Positions 47,897 through 58,089 of a stretch of 64,000 bases of DNA are shown one piece after another. Location: contig OY761159.2 in assembly GCA_963664395.2 (NCBI GenBank), positions 2,592,001 to 2,656,000 on the forward strand. The letters are read 5' to 3'. The notes under the pieces were generated by a model. It saw only the letters and a list, made by a program, of their open reading frames with translations, was not told where the DNA came from and made no database searches. A program made the position numbers and the translations under genes. Position 1 is the stretch's first letter. The number at the start of each line of letters is the position of its first letter. The DNA is from Candidatus Binatia bacterium. Lineage in GTDB: Bacteria; Desulfobacterota; Binatia; Bin18.

Positions 47897-48286
47897 ATGG
47901 CTTGCGGTGAAGAGCGTATGCGTCCTGCCATTTCTGTCTGTATTATCCGGCTCTGCCCTCTCGCCTCGATCATTGTCGCGTTATGGTGGCCGGCTCTTAT
48001 CTCCGACCCTCTCTACACTCCCCGTCACACCCGCTTGACTCAGCAGGAACTTTCTCTCCCCAACGGAGCTATTCCGCAGACAGCCGATGAGCGGGCGCTG
48101 GCCATCTTTTGGATGTGGCAGCAACGGACTCTGGTTGAAGACCCGTGGCTCTTTGGGCCGTGCCAAGGGCTGCGTAATGTCACTGGACGCAATCAGACCC
48201 TTGTGGTGATTGCGTGTATCTGGCTCGTACGAGGGGGGCTCTTTCTATGGGAGCGCTCCGCTGCAAACCCTGCTCGGAACATATGA
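47897..48286 (+). CDS. Hypothetical small membrane protein
   Basis: Only sizeable ORF in the gap; two hydrophobic stretches; no recognisable motif. Confidence 0.35.
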   Translation: MACGEERMRPAISVCIIRLCPLASIIVALWWPALISDPLYTPRHTRLTQQELSLPNGAIPQTADERALAIFWMWQQRTLVEDPWLFGPCQGLRNVTGRNQTLVVIACIWLVRGGLFLWERSAANPARNI

Positions 48287-48353
48287 AATCCGTTGTTCTT
48301 TCCTGGATTCTTCCCTCTAGTTATGGTAGAGCCTGGGAAAAGAGGGAGGTCCC

Positions 48354-50402
48354 ATGGCTCATACTGTCCAGGTCGCGTGCCCCCATGACTGTCCGGATTC
48401 ATGTCTCATGAATGTGACCGTTGATCACGATCGAGCGGTCAAGATTACAGCGAGCAAAGAACATCCATTTACGCGTGGGGCCTTGTGCGCAAAGGTCAAC
48501 AAGTTTCTGGATCGTGTCTACGCGCCGGACCGCTTGCTATACCCGGTCAAGCGGGTCGGCCCGAAAGGGCCCGGGGCGCAGTTCGTCCGGATTTCGTGGG
48601 ATGAAGCCGTCACGACCATTATAGAGAAAATGCACGCCACGATGGCAACGCACGGACCGCAGTCTATTCTGCCGTATTCATATCGGGGCAATAACGGGGT
48701 GTATCAAAGCAATGGGATCGACCGGCGCTTCTTTCATGCGCTGGGCGCATCCACCCTGGCGCGCACGATTTGCGCCGGTGGGTTGTTTGGCGCAATGGAT
48801 TACTCCGACGTGTTCTTTGGCTTTGCCCCAGAGGGCCTGGTTGAGAGTAAACTCATCATTTTCTGGGCCTCGAATCCACTGAACACGGGTTTTCACATCT
48901 GGCCATTCGTCCGTCAGGCACAGCGCCGGGGGGCGCGGCTGGTTGCCATCGACCCGTATCGTTCGCGGACCGCCCGGGCGTGCGATGAACATATTGCCGT
49001 CCGGCCAGGAACCGACGCCGCCTTGGCCTTGGCCATGATGAAAGTCATTGAAGAAGAAGGTCTGGCCGATCTCGACTATGTACAGCAGCATACCATCGGC
49101 TCCGAGCCATTTTTCAGACGCTTGCGGTCACTCTCGCTCACCGACCTGGCGCAGACGTGCGACGTTCCGGTGAACACTATTCAGGATTTCGCGCATACCT
49201 ATGCGACGACCCGGCCGGCTGCGATCCGAACCGGCGTTGGCATTCAGCGCAACGGCGGTGGCGCGGCGGCCGTCCGGGCCGTGGCCTGTCTGCCGGCGCT
49301 GACCGGTGCCTGGGGTGAGGTCGGTGGGGGCCTGTGTAACTTCGGTGGAGCCATGTTTACCGCCCAGAATATCAAACAAGTCATGCGCTTTGATCTCTCG
49401 CCGGCGGGGACACGTGAGCTCAATATGATGCGGCTGGCTGAGCATTTACTCGATCCGACTTTTGATCCGCCCATCAACGTGCTGTATGTCTATAATTGCA
49501 ATCCGGCTGCCTCGATGCCTGATCAAGCAGGGCTGAGGCGGGCGCTGCAACGGGCGGACCTGTTTACTGTCGTCCACGATCTCTTCCTGACGGATAGCGC
49601 GGACTATGCGGATATTGTCCTGCCGGCGACTTCTCCGCTTGAGCAGGACGATATTATTCTGGCGTATGGCGGTGATTTTGGAAGTTTCAGCCGTAAGGCG
49701 CTTGAACCGCTGGGCGAAGCAAAGTCGAATGCCGACGTGTTTCAGTTGTTGGCCACAGGGCTTGGCATCACTGAGCCGGCGGTGCATGCGTCGGCGGAGG
49801 AATTTGTCAGTGACACCTTACAGGACGGGCTGTCTGCCGACGAATTCCTGTCTCGTCCCTTTATGCCGACCCGCCCTGAGCCCGACCTGCTGCCCCGTGC
49901 GCAGGGCGGCTTCCTGACTCCGTCGGGAAAGTTTGAGTTCTTCTGTGAAAAAATGGAGCGGGACGGACTTGACCCGCTGCCGGCCTTTGTCCCTCCCCAC
50001 GAGACGGTGTGCGCTGGCCCGTTTCCGCTGAATTTCCTGCCGCGCAAGCATAAGGATTCGCTGAACTCCTCCTATGGTCATTTGCCGGTGATGCGTCGTC
50101 AGGAATCCACGGCCAGGACCTTGGAAATCCACCCGCACGATGCAGTCACACGCGGATTGGACACTGGCGATGAGGTGCGCGTATTCAACGACCGCGGCGC
50201 GTTCATTCTGCCGGTTGTCATTTCTGAGCAGGTCCAAGCTGGCACGGTTGCAACCTTCTGGGGCTGGTGGGACAAATTGTCCGGGGGGAAGGGCAATGTC
50301 AATAATGTGACTTCGACCCAACTGACGGACCTTGGCGGCGGTGGAACCTTTTACGACTGCCGAGTTGAGGTGGAACGCTGGGACGGGCAGGCACTCGCAT
50401 AA
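48354..50402 (+). CDS. Molybdopterin-dependent oxidoreductase (DMSO reductase superfamily)
   Basis: CPHDCPDSC...GALCAK Fe-S motif, RLLYP, ISWDEA, RTIC, ADIVLPAT, LNSS, C-terminal Molydop_binding domain; no Tat signal. Confidence 0.92.
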   Translation: MAHTVQVACPHDCPDSCLMNVTVDHDRAVKITASKEHPFTRGALCAKVNKFLDRVYAPDRLLYPVKRVGPKGPGAQFVRISWDEAVTTIIEKMHATMATHGPQSILPYSYRGNNGVYQSNGIDRRFFHALGASTLARTICAGGLFGAMDYSDVFFGFAPEGLVESKLIIFWASNPLNTGFHIWPFVRQAQRRGARLVAIDPYRSRTARACDEHIAVRPGTDAALALAMMKVIEEEGLADLDYVQQHTIGSEPFFRRLRSLSLTDLAQTCDVPVNTIQDFAHTYATTRPAAIRTGVGIQRNGGGAAAVRAVACLPALTGAWGEVGGGLCNFGGAMFTAQNIKQVMRFDLSPAGTRELNMMRLAEHLLDPTFDPPINVLYVYNCNPAASMPDQAGLRRALQRADLFTVVHDLFLTDSADYADIVLPATSPLEQDDIILAYGGDFGSFSRKALEPLGEAKSNADVFQLLATGLGITEPAVHASAEEFVSDTLQDGLSADEFLSRPFMPTRPEPDLLPRAQGGFLTPSGKFEFFCEKMERDGLDPLPAFVPPHETVCAGPFPLNFLPRKHKDSLNSSYGHLPVMRRQESTARTLEIHPHDAVTRGLDTGDEVRVFNDRGAFILPVVISEQVQAGTVATFWGWWDKLSGGKGNVNNVTSTQLTDLGGGGTFYDCRVEVERWDGQALA

Positions 50403-50435
50403 GACAGCAGCAGCCCGGCTGAAGAGGAATCAAGC

Positions 50436-50864
50436 ATGCCACGTATGGAGTCAGTCGATAATCTCCCTACTGCCATAATTCGAGTCCGCATGAGTGCGCA
50501 TGATGCCCACTATGGAGGAAATCTGGTTGATGGCGCAAAAATGCTACAGCTCTTCGGAGATGTTGGGACAGAGCTGAATATCCGTTTGGATGGCGATGAA
50601 GGGCTCTTTCGAGCCTATGACAATATAGAATTCCTCTCCCCCGTCTATGCCGGAGATTTCATTGAGGCGCAGGGGCGTATCACCAGGGTCGGACGCACCT
50701 CCCGCAAACTCGAATTTGAAGCCTGGAAAGTCATTGGCCCGCGGCCGGACCTCTCGGATTCGGCCGCAGACGTGCTGGAAGAGCCTGTTTTGGTCTGCAA
50801 AGCGAGTGGAACAGGGGTAACGCTGCTCGAAAGACAGCGGCGGAAACAGCGAAAAGTCCGCTAA
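50436..50864 (+). CDS. kal: 3-aminobutyryl-CoA ammonia-lyase-like hotdog-fold protein
   Basis: [27 protein letters not shown]...[23 protein letters not shown]. Confidence 0.8.
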   Translation: MPRMESVDNLPTAIIRVRMSAHDAHYGGNLVDGAKMLQLFGDVGTELNIRLDGDEGLFRAYDNIEFLSPVYAGDFIEAQGRITRVGRTSRKLEFEAWKVIGPRPDLSDSAADVLEEPVLVCKASGTGVTLLERQRRKQRKVR

Positions 50865-50949
50865 CCCAAAATGGACAGAATGGACAGGACGCTCGCTCTA
50901 AAGAGGGGCGCCCGCCCGCCCCTCTCCTGAAGACTCCGTGGACAGCGCA

Positions 50950-52632
50950 CTATGCGCTACGCAGCACCCGCCCGGCAAACGCCCCGGTCTGGTCGAGCCC
51001 TGCCATAAAGACTTGGCCATTGACCAGGGTATACTCGTAGCCAGAGGACTTTTGAATATAGCGTCCGCTCCCGGCGGGGAAATCGTACACAAAGGTCGGC
51101 GGCGGCAGTCGCAGGTTGTCATAATCAATGACGTTGACATCGGCGTAGGCGCCTGCGCGGAGGACACCCCGATCGTGAATGCCAAACAGTTGGGCCGGTT
51201 CCGCGGTCAGCATATGAATGGCCCGTTCGAGCCCAAAGTGCTGGCGCTCCTTGACCCAGTATTTCAGAAAATAGGTCGGCAGGCTGGAATCCATGATCTG
51301 TCCGCAATGGGCGCCTGAGTCGCCCAGGCCGATGACGACCTGCGGATGATCCAGCATGTGTTGCACCGCATCAAAGTGTGGATTGAGGAACGGATAGTTG
51401 AACAGCGTCTCACCCTTATTTTCGAGAGACAAGGTGATGAAGGCTTCGCCCGGACTCACTCCAAGACGGTCGGCCTGCGTCTGGAGACTGTCTTGGGTCC
51501 CCAGGTCATAGCGTACTTCACCCTTGGGCAGGACAAATATCTGGCTGAAATCAATCGGCGGTGGATCATCTTTCGCTTCACGTACCATCTGAGCTTGATA
51601 CTCCGGGTCACGCAGCTTGGTGACTTTGTCGGTGAGACTCAGGTTGCGCAAGGCTCTCCACGCGGGCGCCCGGTCAAACGGCGTCCGATTCACAAAGCCG
51701 AACAACACGCCTATCCCCCGGGTGGTGGACTGGGCAAAGACTTTGGCTCCGCGTGTGGCGCTTGCGCTGATCTGGTCCAACACGGACGCATACGCCGTCG
51801 GATGTCGGCGGCTTTGGGCCAGGCCAAAGGTCACGGGTCGGCCGGTGGCCAAACTGACTTCCGTCATCCAATGCACTTCGCGTTGCAGGTCTTCCTGGCT
51901 GCCACTATCGATACCCGGAGCGGCCTCCACCACACCGCGCTTCAGATCGCCCAGCGCACTGGCAATCCCCATCAGCTCGTCAAATTCGGCAAAGGTGCCG
52001 GGAACCGGTTGACCCTCCGGCGTACGGTGGAGAATCGTCCGTGAGGTGGAAAATCCGAGCGCACCGCCGGAAATGGCTTCTGCGACAATATCACGCATCT
52101 TGCCAATGGCTTCGGGGCTGGCGGGTTTGTTTTCCAGGCTTTCTTCACCCATGGCCCAATAGCGGACCGCGCAGTGGCCCACCATGCCACCGACGTTGAC
52201 ACCCTTGGGGGCTGTATCGAGCGCCTTGAGATATTCTCCGTAGGTCTCCCATTTCCAGGGCATGCCTTCGGTAATGCTCGCCGCGGGAATATCTTCAACC
52301 GATTCCATCAAGTGCGCCAGGTAATCACGATCTTCTGGACGGCACGGGGCAAACGTCACGCCGCAGTTGCCCATGACCACCGAGGTCACGCCATGCCAAC
52401 ACGAGGAGGAGACGGCGGGGTCCCACCAGACCTGGGCGTCCAGGTGGGTGTGAATGTCAACAAAACCGGGGGTGACGATCTTGCCTTCGGCATTGATGGT
52501 CCGTTTGGCCGAGCCGGTCACCGTACCGATTTCGGCAATCCGATCACCCTGGATTGCAACATCCGCCTGCCGTTGTTGATTCCCGGTTCCGTCGATGACG
52601 GTTCCGTTTTTAATGACGATATCGTAGGCCAT
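50950..52632 (-). CDS. N-acyl-D-amino-acid deacylase-like amidohydrolase
   Basis: PGFVDIHTHLDAQ, MGNCGVTFAP, GDSGAH; paralog of 10497-12182. Confidence 0.9.
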   Translation of the reverse strand: MAYDIVIKNGTVIDGTGNQQRQADVAIQGDRIAEIGTVTGSAKRTINAEGKIVTPGFVDIHTHLDAQVWWDPAVSSSCWHGVTSVVMGNCGVTFAPCRPEDRDYLAHLMESVEDIPAASITEGMPWKWETYGEYLKALDTAPKGVNVGGMVGHCAVRYWAMGEESLENKPASPEAIGKMRDIVAEAISGGALGFSTSRTILHRTPEGQPVPGTFAEFDELMGIASALGDLKRGVVEAAPGIDSGSQEDLQREVHWMTEVSLATGRPVTFGLAQSRRHPTAYASVLDQISASATRGAKVFAQSTTRGIGVLFGFVNRTPFDRAPAWRALRNLSLTDKVTKLRDPEYQAQMVREAKDDPPPIDFSQIFVLPKGEVRYDLGTQDSLQTQADRLGVSPGEAFITLSLENKGETLFNYPFLNPHFDAVQHMLDHPQVVIGLGDSGAHCGQIMDSSLPTYFLKYWVKERQHFGLERAIHMLTAEPAQLFGIHDRGVLRAGAYADVNVIDYDNLRLPPPTFVYDFPAGSGRYIQKSSGYEYTLVNGQVFMAGLDQTGAFAGRVLRSA

Positions 52633-52726
52633 ACTTCCTCCTTCGTTTACTCAGTTCGTAGCCCGTGAGCGCTTCAACGCCCCACTCTGCGCAATCCGAG
52701 ACTCTGTGTCAATTCGACTCAAAAAA

Positions 52727-52909
52727 TCCCCTCCCTGGAGGGGTGGCGCGTAGCGCCGGGGTGGGTTCCCCGGCCCATTATTGGTTTCAGTCTCCTACCG
52801 AGGTGAGTGGTCAGTTCGACGTAGAAAATCAAGATAGTGCCAAAGGACTGAACCGACTTTTTCACACTTCGCTATTCTGGGAGCGCGGCCATCTTGGCCG
52901 CGCTCCCAG
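52727..52909. repeat. Two REP/hairpin elements in an intergenic region
   Basis: tcccctccctggaggggtggcgcgtagcgccggggtgggt (52727-52766) and a perfect 15-bp stem ctgggagcgcggcca-tct-tggccgcgctcccag (52877-52909). Confidence 0.7.
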
Positions 52910-53022
52910 GCAAAAGAAATCCACCCCGCTGCTATGTAGCACCCCTCCGGGGATGTGATGGGGACTGGTCGCTGAGTCTTACAGCTCTGACTAAATATTA
53001 TCTTGTAGGAGAAGAGCAAGCA

Positions 53023-55326
53023 CTACCGCATCGCCACCGCCAGCACCTGTGTATAATCGGTCAAGCCCTGAATACATTTCAGAACGCCGTCCTGCATGAG
53101 CGTGATCAGACCCTGGCGGCGGGCGGCGGTGAGGAGGTCGGTGACTGGGGCGCGGGTGAGAATCAGGCTTTTGATCTCGTCTGTGACCACAAGGAGTTCG
53201 TGTAATCCGACCCGACCTTTATAGCCGGTTTGACGACACGCCTGGCAACCGGCCCCGCGGACCAACCGAAAGTCATCATCATAGGGGATATTGAGCTGAG
53301 CAAATGCCTCTTCGCCATAGGCGTGCAGCAGTGCATCGTACTCTTCTTTTGGTGGATGGTAGGGCTCTTTGCAGTTGGCACACACCGTCCGGGCGAGCCG
53401 CTGGGCCAGAATGCCAAGTAACGCATCGGCAAAATTAAAGGGGTCGAGCTGCATTTCGAGCAGCCGGGTCACCGTCTCTACGGCGCTGTTGGTATGTAAC
53501 GTGCTCAACACCAGATGGCCGGTCAAGGATGCCTGCATGCTGATACCGGCCGTCTCACGATCACGAATTTCACCGACCATGATGATGTCGGGGTCGGCGC
53601 GGAGAAAAGACCGCAGGGCCGCGGCAAAGTCAAAACCTATTTTTGGATTCACCTGGACTTGACGCAGACCCAACTGAGAGATTTCAACCGGGTCTTCCGC
53701 GGTCCAGATTTTTTTCTCCGGTGTATTCAAGTATTCGAGCGCGGCGTGCAGAGTGGTCGTCTTGCCTGAACCGGTCGGTCCGACGCACAGCAGCATGCCG
53801 TAGGGTTTACGTAAGAGCTGCTGAAACGTCTGGAGATTGTCGGGCGACATCTTGAGTTGAGCCAGAGGAATCGGCTCATGGGTGGTCAGCAGGCGGAGTA
53901 CGACATCCTCATTGCCCGCCCCCGCGGTCGGGATGGTTGCGACGCGCAGCTCAAGATCGCGATGAGTATTGCGACTATCCAGGCGAAACTTGATCTTCCC
54001 GTCCTGCGGTTTGCGCCGTTCGGCAATATCAAGCTGGGCGAGAACCTTAATGCGCGAGGTAATGGCCCGCCGGTTGCGCGAGGGAACGTGGAGGTGGGCA
54101 TAACAACTCCCGTCTTCGCGAAAGCGGATAACGGTCTCCTGTCGCTCACCCTGGGGTTCGATATGAATATCGGACGCACCCACCTTATAGGCGTCGATAA
54201 TAATCTGGTTGACCAGGCGGACAATGGCACTGTCATCCTCGTCCACTTCGGCTTCCGGGCTGGCGGCTGCATCGTCTTGGTCTTCCGCCACAAGTTGGCC
54301 CAGGATAGCGGTCCGAGAGGCATCTGAAGCCAGGTCCGTACTGACCAGCGTGACCAGTTTGCCGATGTCCTCCCGCAGGCCGACGACGTAGGCAATTTTT
54401 TTGCCGGGGAAGAGACGCCGAATGTCCTGCTGCTTCTGAAAATCACGCGGGTCGTCGGTGAGGACCTCCACTACGTCATCCGTGGCCCGTAACGGAAGCC
54501 AATAATTTGCCTGAAGATAACTCGGATTGATGCCCTGGATGAGGTCGGGCGCAATATCGAGGTGTTGGCTCGCCTCCAGAAACGGACACCGGTAGAATCC
54601 GCTCAGCGCCTGCCCGATCTCGCGTTTGGGCACCCCAAACCGCTCGATCAAAATCGACTCAGTCGGCGTTCCCGTGGTGTGAGAGGCGGCTATGGCTTCT
54701 TCAAGCTGCGGCTGGGTGACGTGCTGTGAAGCGACCAGGGAATCGAATTTGGTCTGTCGGGCTGCGAGTTGGTACTGGTTATGCAGCGCAATCCCGAGCG
54801 TTGCCGCGACTTCTTTGACCTTTTCCTGGTCTGTTGGGGTAAACCGTGCCGCCCCTTTTTTATTGATGAGCTGAATCACACCGGTCAGGGTGTCGGTCGT
54901 GTCGCAGATGGGGACGGTCAATATCTGCCTGGTGCGTATGCCCGTTTTTACATCCCAGGAGCGGTCAAAAGAGAGGTCGGGGCTCAGTTGGCGTAACTCG
55001 GCAGCATTATAGGCATCCGTAATATTCACGATTTGTTTGTGCTGCGCCACAAAGCCGGCAACGCTGCGGTTCCCAATCGGAACGCGAATCTCGTGAAGCT
55101 GGTCAATATCGAGAAATCGAGAGTAGAGTTCGGCTTTTCCCTGCTCCACGGCGTACAGGGTAAGATGTTCGGCGTCAAACAGACTCAGCATGTCGCGGCT
55201 GAGGGAGACCAGAAGTTCATCGAGATTCGAAGCGGCGTGGATGTGATTCGTGACCGCTTTGACCCGTTCGGCATAATCGACGCGTGCCCGGAGGGCAGTG
55301 AGCGTGGCGGTGTCTGGCTGTGGCAT
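53023..55326 (-). CDS. GspE/PulE/PilB-family secretion ATPase with N-terminal GAF domain
   Basis: GAF (SVAGFVA..VNITDAY...ILTVPI...GVIQLINK); ASDIHIEP, LDIAERRKPQDG, GPTGSGKTTT, TAEDPVE, LRADPDIIMVGEIRD, TGHLVLSTLHTN, CxxC pairs. Start uncertain (55326 or 55407). Confidence 0.9.
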   Translation of the reverse strand: MPQPDTATLTALRARVDYAERVKAVTNHIHAASNLDELLVSLSRDMLSLFDAEHLTLYAVEQGKAELYSRFLDIDQLHEIRVPIGNRSVAGFVAQHKQIVNITDAYNAAELRQLSPDLSFDRSWDVKTGIRTRQILTVPICDTTDTLTGVIQLINKKGAARFTPTDQEKVKEVAATLGIALHNQYQLAARQTKFDSLVASQHVTQPQLEEAIAASHTTGTPTESILIERFGVPKREIGQALSGFYRCPFLEASQHLDIAPDLIQGINPSYLQANYWLPLRATDDVVEVLTDDPRDFQKQQDIRRLFPGKKIAYVVGLREDIGKLVTLVSTDLASDASRTAILGQLVAEDQDDAAASPEAEVDEDDSAIVRLVNQIIIDAYKVGASDIHIEPQGERQETVIRFREDGSCYAHLHVPSRNRRAITSRIKVLAQLDIAERRKPQDGKIKFRLDSRNTHRDLELRVATIPTAGAGNEDVVLRLLTTHEPIPLAQLKMSPDNLQTFQQLLRKPYGMLLCVGPTGSGKTTTLHAALEYLNTPEKKIWTAEDPVEISQLGLRQVQVNPKIGFDFAAALRSFLRADPDIIMVGEIRDRETAGISMQASLTGHLVLSTLHTNSAVETVTRLLEMQLDPFNFADALLGILAQRLARTVCANCKEPYHPPKEEYDALLHAYGEEAFAQLNIPYDDDFRLVRGAGCQACRQTGYKGRVGLHELLVVTDEIKSLILTRAPVTDLLTAARRQGLITLMQDGVLKCIQGLTDYTQVLAVAMR

Positions 55327-55584
55327 CCCTAGTCTTCTAGCTGATTCTTTCGCAATACTGAATATCCACGACCGCGCGCGGTGGTCCGGTCGATTGTAGC
55401 GCGGCACTGATAAGAACGTTCGTGTCGAGAACGATACGCTCAGCTTTCATCGGCCCGCGATTTTTTTCACAAGTCCATAATAACTATTATGGACTTTTTG
55501 GGCAATCAATTCCGACATTTTGAGGAGTGCAGGTTCCCTGCCTCGCTTGTTTCCAGCCGAGCGGGTGTGGTACACGGGGAATCC

Positions 55585-57162
55585 ATGAATTTGGTGCACC
55601 ATTTCTGGAACCAACTTTCTCACGACGCAGACCGCCTGCTGTTTGAATATTTAGCCCCTTCGGGAGAAGTCACGTGGCGTCAAACGCGTGGAGAATTGCT
55701 CACCGAAGCGTCCCTGTGGATGGCCGCTCTGCGCGGCGCAGGCATCCAGCCGGGGGACCGGGTTGCCCTGTCGTTGGGTAAATCAACCGGTCTTGTCACC
55801 GCCCACCTGGCTATTCTTGGTGTTGGTGCCGGCGTGGTGCCGCTCAACCCGGCCCTCTCTGCGGTCGAGACTGAAGCCGTCCTCAAGCAGGCCGAGGTCA
55901 AACTGGCGATTACGACCGCGCCAACGGTCAGTCGGGCGCCGGAGATTATCAAAGCAGTCAACGGACCGTGGTGGGTCGCCGCCCCTCATGAAGATGCGCA
56001 CCATGTGGACGCTCTTCCTCAGCATACCGTTGCATTAGCCAGCGTCTTGGCCGGACATCACACTGGCGCTGAACCCTATATCGGCGCGGATGACGATGTT
56101 GCCCTGCTGCTCTTCACGAGTGGAACAACCGGGCAACCCAAGGGCGTTGGGCTGACTCACCGGAACATCGGCTCCAACCTCCAAGCCCTGTTGGTTGATA
56201 CCTGGAGGATGAACGCCCAGGATCGTCTTTTGCACGCCCTCCCGCCGCATCATCTGCACGGTTTGGGCCTTGGCCTGTACGGGACGCTGTATGTTGGCAA
56301 CGCGGCTGTTCTCCTGGACCGCTTCGACCCCGTAGGTGTACTGACTGCGTTGGCTCGACAGCGCATTAGTGTGTTTATGGGTGTCCCGACTATGTATCAT
56401 CGCATGACCGAACGCATGCCTGAGTTGGCCGGAGACGTGTCCTATGCCTCAATGCGGCTGTTTATCTCCGGCTCTGCGCCCCTCTCGCCGGAGACCTTTC
56501 GGCGTTTCGAGGAGCAGTCGGGATTTCGTATCGTCGAGCGCTATGGCCTCACCGAGACCGCGATTAATACGTCCAACCCGTTAGATGCCGAGCGCCGCCC
56601 CGGTACGGTTGGCAGAGCCTTGCCGGGGATCGAGGTTGGTATCTTCGACCCACAAACGCAGCAGCAACTCTCGCCTGGGGAGACCGGAGAAATCTGGGTG
56701 CGTGGTCCGAACGTATTCAGCGGCTATTGGAACAATCCGGCGGCAACCGCGGCAGCCTTTCATGCCGACTGGTTCCGCACCGGAGATTTAGGCGTCTTAT
56801 CCGCAGACGACTATCTGTCCATCACTGGCCGGATGAAAGAACTGATCATTGTGGGCGGAACCAATGTCACGCCGGGGGAGGTAGAGGCGGTGTTGGAAAC
56901 GGAGGCCGGCGTACGTGAGTGCGCGGTTGCAGGGGTGCCGGATGCGGACTTGGGCGAAAAAGTCGCGGCTTTTATTGTTCCCCAGGACGGCCAGGACGCG
57001 GCCGCCCTCGAAGCCCGGCTGCGCAAACGGCTCGAACAAGACCTCGCGCCCTATAAGCGTCCACGTCTGTATCGCTTTCTGACTGAAATTCCGCGCAACG
57101 CCATGGGCAAGGTCGAACGCGCTAAGCTCAAGGACATAGGCGCCGAAGCCCAGGAGAACTGA
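55585..57162 (+). CDS. AMP-binding acyl-CoA synthetase (malonyl-CoA synthetase MatB-like)
   Basis: FTSGTTGQPKG, LHALP, GVPTMY, ISGSAPL, ERYGLTET, WFRTGD, PRNAMGKV. Confidence 0.88.
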   Translation: MNLVHHFWNQLSHDADRLLFEYLAPSGEVTWRQTRGELLTEASLWMAALRGAGIQPGDRVALSLGKSTGLVTAHLAILGVGAGVVPLNPALSAVETEAVLKQAEVKLAITTAPTVSRAPEIIKAVNGPWWVAAPHEDAHHVDALPQHTVALASVLAGHHTGAEPYIGADDDVALLLFTSGTTGQPKGVGLTHRNIGSNLQALLVDTWRMNAQDRLLHALPPHHLHGLGLGLYGTLYVGNAAVLLDRFDPVGVLTALARQRISVFMGVPTMYHRMTERMPELAGDVSYASMRLFISGSAPLSPETFRRFEEQSGFRIVERYGLTETAINTSNPLDAERRPGTVGRALPGIEVGIFDPQTQQQLSPGETGEIWVRGPNVFSGYWNNPAATAAAFHADWFRTGDLGVLSADDYLSITGRMKELIIVGGTNVTPGEVEAVLETEAGVRECAVAGVPDADLGEKVAAFIVPQDGQDAAALEARLRKRLEQDLAPYKRPRLYRFLTEIPRNAMGKVERAKLKDIGAEAQEN

Positions 57163-57186
57163 AGGAAGCCTGAAGGAGCAGAGATC

Positions 57187-58050
57187 ATGCAGCTCGTCAC
57201 CTATGAACGGAACAATCAACGCAGCACAGGCGCATTGACCGCTGCCGGCGTTGTAGATTTACCGAGCGCCTCCAACGACACGATCCCCGGAGATATGCTG
57301 CGCTTGCTCCAAGGGGGAGAAGCCGGGCTCGCTCGGGCGCGGGAAGCAGTAGCCGCCGGCAGTCCTGTTCCACTGGCCGATATTCAGCTCAAAGCCCCTC
57401 TTGCGAGACCGGGTAAAATCCTCGGTATTGGATTGAACTATGCTGACCACGCCGCAGAAGGGGGCAGACAGAAACCGGACTATCCGCTGATTTTTGCGAA
57501 GACCGTGCCGGCGGCGACCGGCATCGGTGAAGCCATTCGACTCCCGCACGTGAGTCAGATGGTTGATTTCGAGGGCGAGCTGGCTGTGGTGATTGGCACC
57601 TTGGCCAAAGATATTTCAGCCCAAGACGCTCTCCATTACATTGCCGGCTATACCATTTGTAATGATGTGAGCGCGCGCGACTATCAGCGCCGGAGCGGCC
57701 ATACGCCCGGCAAGTCGTTTGAGACCTTTGCGCCGCTGGGGCCGGCCATTGTCACCCGAGATGAGATTCCCGACCCGCACCTCTTGGACATTCGGACCGT
57801 GGTGAGCGGGCAGGAAATGCAGCACTCCAACACGAAGAATCTGATTTTTCGGATTCCTTACCTGATCGAGTATCTGTCGCATATCTTTCCACTGGAACCG
57901 GGCGACGTGATCACCACCGGAACCCCCTCAGGAGTAGGCGCATATCGCGAGCCGCCCCGCTTTCTCAAGGCTGGCGATACGGTCCGGATTGAAGTGGAGG
58001 GGCTTGGCGTTTTGGAAAACCCGGTGGTAGCCGGCCAAGACGGTGCGTAG
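57187..58050 (+). CDS. Fumarylacetoacetate hydrolase family protein
   Basis: GLNYADH, DFEGEL, NDVSARD, GKSF, PGDVITTGTPSGVG. Confidence 0.92.
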   Translation: MQLVTYERNNQRSTGALTAAGVVDLPSASNDTIPGDMLRLLQGGEAGLARAREAVAAGSPVPLADIQLKAPLARPGKILGIGLNYADHAAEGGRQKPDYPLIFAKTVPAATGIGEAIRLPHVSQMVDFEGELAVVIGTLAKDISAQDALHYIAGYTICNDVSARDYQRRSGHTPGKSFETFAPLGPAIVTRDEIPDPHLLDIRTVVSGQEMQHSNTKNLIFRIPYLIEYLSHIFPLEPGDVITTGTPSGVGAYREPPRFLKAGDTVRIEVEGLGVLENPVVAGQDGA

Positions 58051-58067
58051 GGTGCGCCCTGCGCACC
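58047..58067 (+). repeat. GTAG-family REP overlapping the FAH stop codon
   Basis: GTAG-GGTGCGC-cct-GCGCACC. Confidence 0.6.
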
Positions 58068-58089
58068 ATCCGGCTGCTATAGTAAGGGC

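Noticed and set aside
48354-50402. Second selenoprotein (formate dehydrogenase-like)
   Set aside because: The ORF is uninterrupted and the putative Mo ligand is Cys (RTIC); there is no in-frame TGA.
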